A DNA stretch of 64,000 nt from Candidatus Sulfomarinibacteraceae bacterium (GTDB taxonomy: Bacteria; Acidobacteriota; Thermoanaerobaculia; Thermoanaerobaculales; Sulfomarinibacteraceae). A program made the translations under genes and the position numbers. Location: assembly GCA_963796455.1 (NCBI GenBank), contig CAWCLO010000010.1, positions 320,001 to 384,000 on the forward strand. The letters run 5' to 3'. The notes beneath the pieces are model-generated. The model worked only from the letters and a program-made list of their open reading frames with translations. It searched no databases and had not been told where the DNA came from. Shown here piece by piece: positions 48,056-57,600 of the stretch; the stretch's first letter is position 1, and every line of letters starts with the position of its first letter.

Positions 48056-49177
48056 TTATCGCAATCCGCCGGAACGTTGCTCCGGCTCCCGCCGCCACTT
48101 TTCGACATTCTCGAGCAAATCCACAAGGCGCGGAGTGAGGACTTCGAGTGAATATTTATCGAGCGCTGTCTGCCGGCCTGCCGCGGCAAAACGAAGGCGA
48201 AGCTCTTTGCTGCCCAACAGTTGATCGAGACAATCGAACCACTGCTCGGGGGTCGATGCGAGCCAGCCGTTGACACCGTCGTCGACGACCTCGCTGTTCA
48301 TTCCGACCGGCGAGGCCACCGATGGTATTCCGAGGGCCATGTATTGCAGCAACTTGAATGAACACTTGGCGCGGGTCCACGGCGTGTCGTCGAGCGGCAT
48401 CACCCCCACCGACATACCGTTGAAACAGGCGACTTCGGTCGCCAAGGTCCAGGGACGAAAGTCCACCTCCACCCCGTCGATTTTCGGTGGCCGGTCGGCA
48501 ACCACCAGGAGCCGAAGACCGGGGTGGCGGTGCGCGAGTTCGGCAAAAGGCTCCGCTAGCGATTCAAGGTACGGAAGATTGTCCGAATATCCAACCCAAC
48601 CGATCACCGGACCGGTCGCCGGCTCGATGGCCGACGGTGAGAACCGCCGGCAGTCGATGGCGGTCGGGAGGATTTTCGTTCGTTCGTGAGGGACCTGCCG
48701 AGCGATCTCGGCGTTGCCGCAGATCACGAGATCCGCCGCCGCCGCGGTCGCGTCGAAGTTGCGCCGATAGGATCTGCGCTTCGCCGCGCTCTCAGCTGCC
48801 GACGGCGGCGGGAGATAGAGCGCATCGTCGAGATCGAATACCACCGGAAGCTCGAAAGACCGGAGTCGGCGCGCAAATGGGGGAGGATAGGTCCGACGAT
48901 GGATCAACAGGAGATCGGCATCCGGGGCCGCGATCGTATCCCTCACAAGCTCGGCGAGCCGCGAAGGCCATCGAAACCCGGCATCACCGACCGCAGTTTG
49001 CATCTGCAGATCCACATCGAAACCTGAAGCCCGCAGCGCCTCGAGGTGCGCCAGAACTCGAAAGCGGGTGCTCGCCACCTGCTCATCGCCCACCACCCTG
49101 ACCTGAATCCGCCGATGGTTCGAGCTGCCGCCCTGCTCCCCCGGCGAAGTCCCATGGTCAGTTGCCGTGGCTGTCAC
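48056..49177 (-). CDS. Glycosyltransferase family 4
   Basis: STRFRV, FDLDDA, IGWVG and KCSFKLLQYMALGIP motifs. Confidence 0.9.
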   Translation of the reverse strand: MTATATDHGTSPGEQGGSSNHRRIQVRVVGDEQVASTRFRVLAHLEALRASGFDVDLQMQTAVGDAGFRWPSRLAELVRDTIAAPDADLLLIHRRTYPPPFARRLRSFELPVVFDLDDALYLPPPSAAESAAKRRSYRRNFDATAAAADLVICGNAEIARQVPHERTKILPTAIDCRRFSPSAIEPATGPVIGWVGYSDNLPYLESLAEPFAELAHRHPGLRLLVVADRPPKIDGVEVDFRPWTLATEVACFNGMSVGVMPLDDTPWTRAKCSFKLLQYMALGIPSVASPVGMNSEVVDDGVNGWLASTPEQWFDCLDQLLGSKELRLRFAAAGRQTALDKYSLEVLTPRLVDLLENVEKWRREPEQRSGGLR

Positions 49178-49337
49178 AAATCCTTCTTCGGCCGCGATAG
49201 CACCCCCCGTATGGTCCCCGTGCCATTGTATAGGCTGAGGATGAGTGGTGAGAAAGCGATGATAGAATCAAGCTGGTGAATCTCAGTCGATCTCTTTTGT
49301 TTCGAGTGGTTAGAGCAAGTTCAGGCGATCCCGGCTG

Positions 49338-50216
49338 ATGCTCGACCTCACCATCATCATCCCGAATTGGAACGGTGACGAGGTCATTGTCGAATGCCTC
49401 GAATCGATTCTCGCCGAAACCCGGGGGGTTTCATTCGAGCTCATCGTCGTCGACAACGGTTCGACCGACTCGAGCCCGCAGCGAATCCAGGAAATCGCCG
49501 ACAGGGACCCCCGGATTCGGGCTCGATTCAACGAGGAGAATCTGCTCTTTGCCAAGGCCTGCAACCAGGGATATGAAGTCAGCAGCGGCAGATACGTTCT
49601 GATCGCCAACAACGACATTCTTTTGCGCGACGACGCGATCACCTCCCTGGTCCAATATGCCGATGCGCACCCCGAGGTCGGCGCTGTCTCACCGCGGTTC
49701 TTCGACCGGGACGGCCGACCCCAGGAGTTCGTCCGACGCCTGCCGAATGCGCTGCACGTGATCGGACACTACCACCCACTCGGTCGTGCGGTGGATCGCG
49801 TGCTCCTGCGCCGCAGTCTGCACAACTCCTATTTCTATCGCGATCGAAGCTTCGAGGCCGTCGAAGAAATCGACCAGGCAGGAGCTTCATTCAGCCTCTT
49901 CCGACGCGAAGTGATCGACCGGGCCGGTGGCCTCTTCGACGAAAGATTTCCGTTGTTGTTCAACGATGTCGATCTCTACCGACGGATCAAAGAATCAGGT
50001 TTTGTCAGCCATGTCGTACCGGACATTCACGTCGTGCACCTCGAGGGAGTTTCCTCGCGCAAGTTCGACGCCGATGAGTATCAACGCCTCCAGTTCAGCG
50101 GTATGTTCGAGTACTTCAGAAAGCACCACCCTCTGCAGTACCCGCTGCTGATACTCGCCTGGCCGGGGCGGTGGTTCGGCGTAGGCCAACCGGACGACGC
50201 CGTGGCAACATGGTGA
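49338..50216 (+). CDS. Glycosyltransferase family 2
   Basis: IIIPNWN, VVDNGSTD, NND and FNDVDL motifs. Confidence 0.9.
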   Translation: MLDLTIIIPNWNGDEVIVECLESILAETRGVSFELIVVDNGSTDSSPQRIQEIADRDPRIRARFNEENLLFAKACNQGYEVSSGRYVLIANNDILLRDDAITSLVQYADAHPEVGAVSPRFFDRDGRPQEFVRRLPNALHVIGHYHPLGRAVDRVLLRRSLHNSYFYRDRSFEAVEEIDQAGASFSLFRREVIDRAGGLFDERFPLLFNDVDLYRRIKESGFVSHVVPDIHVVHLEGVSSRKFDADEYQRLQFSGMFEYFRKHHPLQYPLLILAWPGRWFGVGQPDDAVATW

Positions 50217-50217
50217 G

Positions 50218-51480
50218 GTGATCATCGACACGCCCCTCCGAGTCGCCGTGTGGCACAACCTCCCCAGCGGTGGGGGTCGCCGCGCCTTGCACGCCCACAT
50301 CAAGGGTCTGTTGGAACGCGGACATCAGGTCGAAATCTGGTGCCCCGAACGCCTCGATGATCATTTTCTTCCCCTCAGCGACCTCGCAGAAGAACACGTC
50401 GTACCGATACCGCCCAGCAAACGAAGAAGCGCGATTGGGGAGGCCGTCGAAGTCCTTCGAGGGGTGCGCTCAGATATGCTGGCGATGGACCTCCACTGTC
50501 GCCAATGCGCCGAGCAGATCGCTGCCGGAAACTTCGACGTTCTCTTCTCCAACACAAGCCGGGACTTTGCCGTGACCGCGATCGGCCGCTTCACCGACCT
50601 GCCCCGCGTGCTCTACCTCCAGGAACCACTCAGGGAGTTGTATGAGGCCTCTCCCGAGATTCCGTGGAGTACCCCGGCTGCGACAATCGTCCCGGATCAC
50701 ACATCGGAGCAGCGATCCGGTGTCCTCAGGCACATCTTGCGAATTCGCAAGCTCGGCATTCTCGTGCGCGAGGAACAGAACAACGCGCGGGCCTTCGACC
50801 GAATGCTCGTCAACTCGTTCTTCAGCAGAGAAAGCGTGGTCCGCGCATACGGCTTGGATGCCTCGGTCTGTTATTTGGGCGTCGACACCGAGAAATTCGT
50901 GAACCTCGACTTCAAGCGGGAACATCGGGTCATCGGCGTCGGAGCGGTCGTGCCGGCAAAGGCGATCGAAAAATCCATCGACGCCGTCGCCATGATTTCA
51001 GAGAAGCGACCGGTCCTCGACTGGATCGGCAACGCTTGCGATGCGGACTATCGGCATCGTCTCGAGCAGCGGGCTCGCGAAAAGGGTGTCGAATTCAAGT
51101 GTGCGATCGGTATTTCGGATGCCGAGTTGGTCGACCGCCTCAACCGAGCGTCCGTGATGATCTATACCCCGCGCCTCGAACCCTTCGGCTATACCCCTTT
51201 GGAGGCCGCCGCTTGCGAGATCCCGGTAGTCGGTGTCCGTGAAGGTGGGCTCCGTGAAACAGTTCTCGACGGGAAGACCGGGTTTCTCACCGAGAATGAT
51301 CCGCGCTCATTGGCAGCGGCCCTCGAGAACATACTCTCCGATCCCGATCTCGGTCGCAGCCTTGGCTCCAATGGGCGCCAATGGGTCCTGGAGAAGTGGA
51401 CCACAGAGCACATGATCGACCGTCTCGAGCAGCAACTCTTGACGACGATCCAACGATCAGGTCAGGAGCCCGATCGGTGA
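50218..51480 (+). CDS. Glycosyltransferase family 4
   Basis: HNLPSGGG and EPFGYTPLEAAAC...GGLRETV motifs. Confidence 0.9.
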   Translation: MIIDTPLRVAVWHNLPSGGGRRALHAHIKGLLERGHQVEIWCPERLDDHFLPLSDLAEEHVVPIPPSKRRSAIGEAVEVLRGVRSDMLAMDLHCRQCAEQIAAGNFDVLFSNTSRDFAVTAIGRFTDLPRVLYLQEPLRELYEASPEIPWSTPAATIVPDHTSEQRSGVLRHILRIRKLGILVREEQNNARAFDRMLVNSFFSRESVVRAYGLDASVCYLGVDTEKFVNLDFKREHRVIGVGAVVPAKAIEKSIDAVAMISEKRPVLDWIGNACDADYRHRLEQRAREKGVEFKCAIGISDAELVDRLNRASVMIYTPRLEPFGYTPLEAAACEIPVVGVREGGLRETVLDGKTGFLTENDPRSLAAALENILSDPDLGRSLGSNGRQWVLEKWTTEHMIDRLEQQLLTTIQRSGQEPDR

Positions 51481-52481
51481 GGAGATCAACCGAAAACGAC
51501 CCGCCCGGGCCACCCGATCCCTCCGCTGACAGCGATATTTCGGATGGGATCGAAATCGTCACCCGGTGCCCGTTATGCGGTTCATCGCGATTGCACGTGC
51601 TCTTCCGCGCATCCGACACCCTGCACGAGATGCCTGGCGAATGGGGCGTCCACCGATGCCGAGACTGCGGTCTGATGCTCACTTCGCCCCGGCCCGATCG
51701 AGCGACGATCGCGCGGTATTATCCATCGGACTACCAGCCGTTCGGAGCACCACACGCGCCGCCGGAGAGGCCGCGGAGATGGTCGGCCCTGAAAAAGTTG
51801 GGGCGGCGTTTACTCGACCCCAAGGAGCATGTACTGCCACCTGGAATCAACCCCGGCCGAGCTCTCGAGGTCGGCTGCGGGTCCGGTCGCTACCTGGCAC
51901 AGCTGGCGGCCTCCGGATGGCATGTCCACGGGCTCGAACCATCCGCCGAAACAGCCGACCATCTCCATGAGGCCACCGGTCTGCCCGTCACCGTCGGCTC
52001 GATCCAGGAGGCGTGCTTTGATCCCGGTAGTTTCGATCTGGTCGTCGCGGTGATGGTTCTCGAACACCTCCACGCCCCAATCGAGGACATCAACAGAATC
52101 CACGCCTGGCTGCGACCCGGTGGCTTTCTGGCAGGCTCGGTTCCAAATGGCGGGAGCTGGGAGTTCAGTTTTTTCGGACCCTCCTGGTATGCGCTCCAGG
52201 TTCCGACTCATTTGCATCATTTCACCCCAACCACCCTGACCATGCTCCTTGAAAAAGGCGGTTTCAAAAACATCAGAATCTCCCACCAACGCAACGTCAA
52301 CAACCTGATGATTCACCTCGGGAGATCTCTCGATCGACACCATATCCCCGGCGCGCAGACCTGCCTGGCTTTCCCGGAACGCGGACCGACGGCGCTGCGT
52401 TATGCCGTCAGACCCATCGCATCCATGCTCGCCTGGCTCCACCAGGCCGGGAGGATTTCGTTCACCGCCGAAAAAACGTGA
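51477..52481 (+). CDS. Class I SAM methyltransferase with an N-terminal Zn ribbon
   Basis: CPLCG...CRDCG, LEVGCGSG and VLEHL motifs. Confidence 0.85.
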   Translation: MRRSTENDPPGPPDPSADSDISDGIEIVTRCPLCGSSRLHVLFRASDTLHEMPGEWGVHRCRDCGLMLTSPRPDRATIARYYPSDYQPFGAPHAPPERPRRWSALKKLGRRLLDPKEHVLPPGINPGRALEVGCGSGRYLAQLAASGWHVHGLEPSAETADHLHEATGLPVTVGSIQEACFDPGSFDLVVAVMVLEHLHAPIEDINRIHAWLRPGGFLAGSVPNGGSWEFSFFGPSWYALQVPTHLHHFTPTTLTMLLEKGGFKNIRISHQRNVNNLMIHLGRSLDRHHIPGAQTCLAFPERGPTALRYAVRPIASMLAWLHQAGRISFTAEKT

Positions 52482-52494
52482 CGTCGGAGGCACA

Positions 52495-53508
52495 TTGACT
52501 GCTTCAGAAATAACGATCTGCAGCGTCTTCCACGACGCTTTTACCCGAAGTTGCCTGATGATGAATGTTGCCGCAACCGCCCAACTCAACCATGGTCAGA
52601 ACATCCCCTGGGTGGTCACGGACAATTCGCCCGAGGGACTTCCGGAGCAGAGTCTTCCCGACCACGTCACCCGTGTGGCCGGAAAAACCCCGGACCCTTC
52701 GATCCCCGCATCGGTGCGCGGCAGCTACCATCACGGGACGGCCATCAATCAGAGCATCGAACCGGTGACCACACGATGGGCGCTCATCCTGGACGTCGAT
52801 TTCTTCGTGATCCGGGACGGGTGGGTAACTCAGATCACCAGCCACACTGAGAACGCCGGAATCGCATTCTTCGGCACACCCTGGCATCCGAGATGGTTCA
52901 ACAAATTTCGCGGCTTTCCCTGCGTCCACTGCCTTCTCATCGATCTCGAGCGGGTCGACATCAATGACCTCGACTTCCGCCCCGATCTCATGGATCAACT
53001 CGCCGTTTCAGATGGCAATTCATCGACCGGGCCGGCCTCCGACCAGGGTTCGCGGGTGTCGACCATCGCCACAAACCTGACGGAGTTGCTCCTCCTGAGG
53101 GATCGGCGCGTCATCGGATCTTCACACGATACGGGGTATCGGCTATATGAGCGATTTGCCGGAGACCCCGTATTGAGGACCGAGTGTCTGCAACCGGTCT
53201 ATCGACCCGATCAGCAATTTGAAGGCCCGCGACATGCGCGCGGGAGTTTCAACCGCTGGGTGGAACGATTGCTGCCCGAGCGCCTGTGTTATTTCCCGAA
53301 ACGGGCCGATGCCTCGAGTATCAAAGGCTTCCAGGACTTCGGAGCCTACGACGCGATCGGACACGGTTGGGAGGAATTTTTGTGGCAGGATCGGCCCTTT
53401 GGATTTCATTTCCGCGGCTACCAAAATCGAGAGGACGATTCCCAGGCCCTTTTGGATCTGCACCGGGCCCTCGCGACCTTCGACTGTTCTGTGGATCAAT
53501 CGAGCTGA
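52495..53508 (+). CDS. Hypothetical protein, GT-A-like (DxD)
   Basis: SD GGAGG plus TTG start; VTDNS, SYHHG, LILDVDFFV and DTGY motifs. Confidence 0.6.
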   Translation: MTASEITICSVFHDAFTRSCLMMNVAATAQLNHGQNIPWVVTDNSPEGLPEQSLPDHVTRVAGKTPDPSIPASVRGSYHHGTAINQSIEPVTTRWALILDVDFFVIRDGWVTQITSHTENAGIAFFGTPWHPRWFNKFRGFPCVHCLLIDLERVDINDLDFRPDLMDQLAVSDGNSSTGPASDQGSRVSTIATNLTELLLLRDRRVIGSSHDTGYRLYERFAGDPVLRTECLQPVYRPDQQFEGPRHARGSFNRWVERLLPERLCYFPKRADASSIKGFQDFGAYDAIGHGWEEFLWQDRPFGFHFRGYQNREDDSQALLDLHRALATFDCSVDQSS

Positions 53509-53529
53509 GACACCCGGTGGGAATTCCGG

Positions 53530-54393
53530 CTAGATCCTGGCTTCGAGGAAACGGTGGAGGCCGTCCCTCCAGTGCGGCATGACGTTGATCCCGATTTCCT
53601 TCAGACGGCCGTTTTCGAGCACCGAATAACCCGGTCGTGGAACCTTTGCCGGAAACTCATCGGGGCCAGCCTCATGCAGACACACCGTGCTGCCGTTGAA
53701 GCGAAAGATCTCTGCCGCAAAATCATGCCAGGAACACTCGCCCTCGGCCGTCGCATGGTAGAGACCCGGCGGCAGGTCATGCTCCAATAATGTGGCAATC
53801 TGTCGCGCGACGTCCTCGGTGTTGGTCGGGGTGAGAATCTCGTCGGTGACGACTCGCACCTCGTCGCGCTCGGCAGCCAACTTCAACATTAAATCGACAA
53901 AACTCATACCCTTGGCGCGACAGGGGTTTCGGCCATAGAGTCCCGATGTCCGAAGAACTATATTGCGGTCACCGGTGCAGAGAACGAAGTGTTCTCCGGC
54001 AAGTTTGCTGGTGCCATACACATTGAGCGGCCACGGCAGATCTGATTCGAGATAGGGCTTCTTCTTGGCGCCATCGAAGACATAATCGGTACTGATGTGG
54101 AGCAACCTCGACCCATTGTCGAGACACTCGGCGGCGAGATTCCTCGGACCCAGACTGTTGGCCGCAAATGCACCGGTCGGGTCTTCTTCGCACTGCTCGA
54201 CGTTGTGCATCGCAGCAGTGTTGATCACAACATCGATCTGGAGTCCGGCGAGAACTGCGCGTACCGTCTCCCGACGGCTGACATCAAAGGTCTCGTCGTG
54301 ATTGATCTCCGTCAGGGAATGACCTGCGGACTTCAAGGTCACGCACAGGTCGCAACCCAACTGACCATTGGCGCCGATGACCGCGATCTTCAC
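53530..54393 (-). CDS. rfbD: dTDP-4-dehydrorhamnose reductase
   Basis: GANGQLG, HISTDYVFDG and YGTSKLAGE motifs. Confidence 0.9.
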   Translation of the reverse strand: MKIAVIGANGQLGCDLCVTLKSAGHSLTEINHDETFDVSRRETVRAVLAGLQIDVVINTAAMHNVEQCEEDPTGAFAANSLGPRNLAAECLDNGSRLLHISTDYVFDGAKKKPYLESDLPWPLNVYGTSKLAGEHFVLCTGDRNIVLRTSGLYGRNPCRAKGMSFVDLMLKLAAERDEVRVVTDEILTPTNTEDVARQIATLLEHDLPPGLYHATAEGECSWHDFAAEIFRFNGSTVCLHEAGPDEFPAKVPRPGYSVLENGRLKEIGINVMPHWRDGLHRFLEARI

Positions 54394-55364
54394 GCCTTTG
54401 ACGCCCCTTTCGGTCGAAGGCGCTTGTAGGTCTCGATGTTGTAGTAGAGCGGATTGTCATAGTCTTCAAAATCCCGACGTCGTTCCACCAACTCTTCAAC
54501 GATCGCGACCACGTCCTGGGACGGATGGAAGCTCAGCACCGTCCGCGCACGGGCGGTCTCAACCTTGTAGTTGCGAAAGTCTTCGAGGTGTTTGATCTCG
54601 AGATCGACATCGAGTTCGAGATGCTTTTTCAGACCCGCACGAACCAGGTCGCCGATCTCCCCAACCGTATAGTTACCGGAGGCGATATTGAAAATTCCCG
54701 AGATCGCCTGGTTGGCCTCGATCGCACGCACATAACCCGTCACCGCGTCACGGATTCCCAGGATCGGACGCCAGATCGCCGGATTGTTGATCGTGATCCG
54801 GCCTTCGGTCATCGCACATTTGAACATCGTGTTGATGGCGAGATCCAAGCGCATTCTGGGACTGTAGCCACAGACAGTGCCCTGTCGGAGAGCGATCACC
54901 GAAAAATTCTCATCCTGCATCTGCAGCACTGCCTGCTCACCCTGCAATTTCGAGATCCCATAGGGGTAGTTGGAGACAGCCGGAGACTCTTCATCATAGA
55001 GTTCATTGACCGTGTAGCCATATACCGAGCACGACCCGGCGTAAACGAATCGCCGCACACCGGCCCGTTTTGCCATGTACCCGAGGTAGGCCGGCGCCGC
55101 CGCATTGGAGATAAAATTCTCGGCCGGCGAATACTCCGCCATCGGGTCGTTGGACAGACCCGCGAGAAACACGATCTGTTCGTAGCCTGCGATATCGTCC
55201 TCGGTCAGATCGAAGATGTCTTTTTCGACGATCGTAACCTCATCCGGCAAGTTGTTGCCAAACCAAAAGAGATCGAGCACACCGACTTCGTATCCGCGAT
55301 CAAGGAGTCTGGGGACGAGCGCACTTCCGATATAGCCGGCGCCACCTGCAATCAGTACCTTCAT
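54390..55364 (-). CDS. NAD-dependent epimerase/dehydratase (extended SDR)
   Basis: GGAGYIGS, LAGLSNDP and YGISK motifs. Confidence 0.9.
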   Translation of the reverse strand: MKVLIAGGAGYIGSALVPRLLDRGYEVGVLDLFWFGNNLPDEVTIVEKDIFDLTEDDIAGYEQIVFLAGLSNDPMAEYSPAENFISNAAAPAYLGYMAKRAGVRRFVYAGSCSVYGYTVNELYDEESPAVSNYPYGISKLQGEQAVLQMQDENFSVIALRQGTVCGYSPRMRLDLAINTMFKCAMTEGRITINNPAIWRPILGIRDAVTGYVRAIEANQAISGIFNIASGNYTVGEIGDLVRAGLKKHLELDVDLEIKHLEDFRNYKVETARARTVLSFHPSQDVVAIVEELVERRRDFEDYDNPLYYNIETYKRLRPKGASKA

Positions 55365-55433
55365 CGACGTCGCGCCTCCTTTCGGCCCCTCATGTGGCTG
55401 AGGCGCCTTCAACGAACTCGCCTCGCGACGGGC

Positions 55434-56003
55434 TCATTCATAGCTGAAATATTCCGACTCGGGTCGCGAAAGCCACTCGTCGAGAGTCTGTGCGGTGGCG
55501 TCTTTGGCGGACAGAATCGGGGGATCCTCCGGCCAGTCGATACCGATCGCCGGATCATTCCACAAGATCCCGGACTCGGCCTTCGAACTGTATATTCCGG
55601 TGCATTTGTATTGAATCTCGGCATAGTCCGAAAGCACGCAGAATCCACGTGCGAATCCGGCAGGGGCCCAAACCTGGAGCCGGTTCTCCGCCGAAACCTC
55701 GAGCGAGAAATATTCGACCCAGGGTCGGGATCCAGGGCGAATATCGACCGCCACCAGAAATGCAGAACCCCGCGTCACGCGCATCAGTTTTCCCATCGGC
55801 GGATCCCACTGAAAGTGGAGGCCGCGGAGCACCCCACGGACCGAACCGGAGTGGTTGTCCTGAACAAAGCGACCCGGCAAACCAACGGCAGCGAATTGAT
55901 CCTCTCGAAAAACCTCGAGAAAAAATCCACGCTCGTCGCTGTAAACCTCGGGTTCGAGCACCACCACACCATCAAGATGTCGGGACCGGACCTCGACACG
56001 CAT
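55434..56003 (-). CDS. rfbC: dTDP-4-dehydrorhamnose 3,5-epimerase
   Basis: DERGFFLE, QDNHS...VLRGLHFQ, YKCT and WNDPAIGIDWP motifs. Confidence 0.92.
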   Translation of the reverse strand: MRVEVRSRHLDGVVVLEPEVYSDERGFFLEVFREDQFAAVGLPGRFVQDNHSGSVRGVLRGLHFQWDPPMGKLMRVTRGSAFLVAVDIRPGSRPWVEYFSLEVSAENRLQVWAPAGFARGFCVLSDYAEIQYKCTGIYSSKAESGILWNDPAIGIDWPEDPPILSAKDATAQTLDEWLSRPESEYFSYE

Positions 56004-56466
56004 CGGTCGGCCTCCTTGACCCGGCCACCGGCCGACCGCTGAGGATCGCGCGGAAGCCCACGCCTCTTACTAGGATATACTGTCGTTGGGGTTGGTCGGA
56101 ACCGGCCCGTCGGCCTTGGGTCGCGCTTTGCGGGTTCAGAACGGCCGCCGCCACCCGCTCCACCCACACCATCGTCGATAGGAGGATCAGGTTCGTGGAC
56201 GACCTGTCTGCCCACGCTCGCGCAACCCGTCAGCCCCACCGAAGAACCCGAAGAGAGAGGCTGAGTCATGCCCGGCAACGACCTCGAAGGAGGCCCTCTG
56301 GTACTCGATTTTTGCTCCTCCACTGGCGCGGGTCCTCTACATTTTTCGCCTGATCTGGATCTTTGGTCCGGTGGTCGCGATTCGCCTCGTGACGAGATAC
56401 TTCAGCTGCGCCCTCAGGGGGTCCTTCTACACCGTACGACTGAAGAAGGCGGTGGAGGAACTGGCC

Positions 56467-57570
56467 ATGCCCGGACAGACGGTTCCCGGCTCGTCGCTCC
56501 AGCCGCATCATCTCTATCACGACCTCATCATCCCCGACCGATTCGGTTTCGACTCGCACCGCAAACGGAGCCTTCAGCGGGCCCAATGTCTGTCGAGAAT
56601 GGTCGATTTTCGGGACCGGCGAGTCCTTGATATCGGCTGCTCGGTTGGCTCCATGACCCTGGCCGCGGGTCTGTTCGGAGCGTCCCGCGCCATCGGTATC
56701 GACCACGATCTCCGCTCCGTCCGGGTGGCCCGGGCCCAACGCGACAAATACCGAATTCACAACGTCGATTTCCGCCACCGGGCCATCGGCCCCGACAACC
56801 TCGATCTTCCCGAGTCGGATCTCCTGATCTGGTTGTCGAACTGGATGTGGATGGTCAAGGTTTCGGGCCTCGACGCCGGTCTCGCCCTCCTCTTCGACAT
56901 CCCGAAGACGACCCGGGTGTCGGCCATGGTCTTCGAGAGCGCGGCCGACGACGGCAAGGCCGCCATCGCGGGGACGACGCAATCCGACATCGAAGACTTT
57001 CTCGTCAACAACTCTCCGTTCACCCGCATCGTCAACACCGGTCCCTTCCAGGATGGCTGGCGTAAGCCCGGTCTCGAACGCATGGTCTTCGTGTGTACCG
57101 AGCCGTGGTACGAGATTCGCAGCAAGAGCGCCACCGTCGAGCGCATGAGCCCGACCACAGTCCGAAAAACCTATCGGCCCCTTTCCCTCAGCGCCATGCG
57201 AATCGAAATCGACTGTCTTCGTCGCCTCGAGGATCTGCCCTACTTTCCGTCGCTTCTCGAGCACGGGGATGACTGGATAGAAATGTCCTACGGAGGCGAA
57301 GCGGTCGGCGAGACCTCCCACCTGGCCGAGTTGCTCGATGCGGTGGAGGCGATGAACTCGCGCGGAATCCAACACCGCGATATCTGCCCGGAGAACCTCC
57401 TTTACGGCCGCGGTGGGCTGAAGGTGATCGACTTCGAGTGGGCGGTCATTGATGGTCGAAAGCCGGAACTGGAGCCCATGGAGGGACTTGGCCGAGGATT
57501 TTACGATCCATCGGACACGGACGACCGGCAAGCCGCACGACGTGTTCTCGAGCACTTCCAGAGTCAGTGA
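56467..57570 (+). CDS. Bifunctional methyltransferase-kinase, WbdD-like; may extend further 5'
   Basis: N-terminal VLDIGCSVG SAM motif; C-terminal HRDICPENLL...VIDFEWA kinase motifs; adjacent to wzt/wzm. Confidence 0.75.
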   Translation: MPGQTVPGSSLQPHHLYHDLIIPDRFGFDSHRKRSLQRAQCLSRMVDFRDRRVLDIGCSVGSMTLAAGLFGASRAIGIDHDLRSVRVARAQRDKYRIHNVDFRHRAIGPDNLDLPESDLLIWLSNWMWMVKVSGLDAGLALLFDIPKTTRVSAMVFESAADDGKAAIAGTTQSDIEDFLVNNSPFTRIVNTGPFQDGWRKPGLERMVFVCTEPWYEIRSKSATVERMSPTTVRKTYRPLSLSAMRIEIDCLRRLEDLPYFPSLLEHGDDWIEMSYGGEAVGETSHLAELLDAVEAMNSRGIQHRDICPENLLYGRGGLKVIDFEWAVIDGRKPELEPMEGLGRGFYDPSDTDDRQAARRVLEHFQSQ

Positions 57571-57600
57571 TCGCCCAACCGAACCCGGTCGCCTCGAAAA

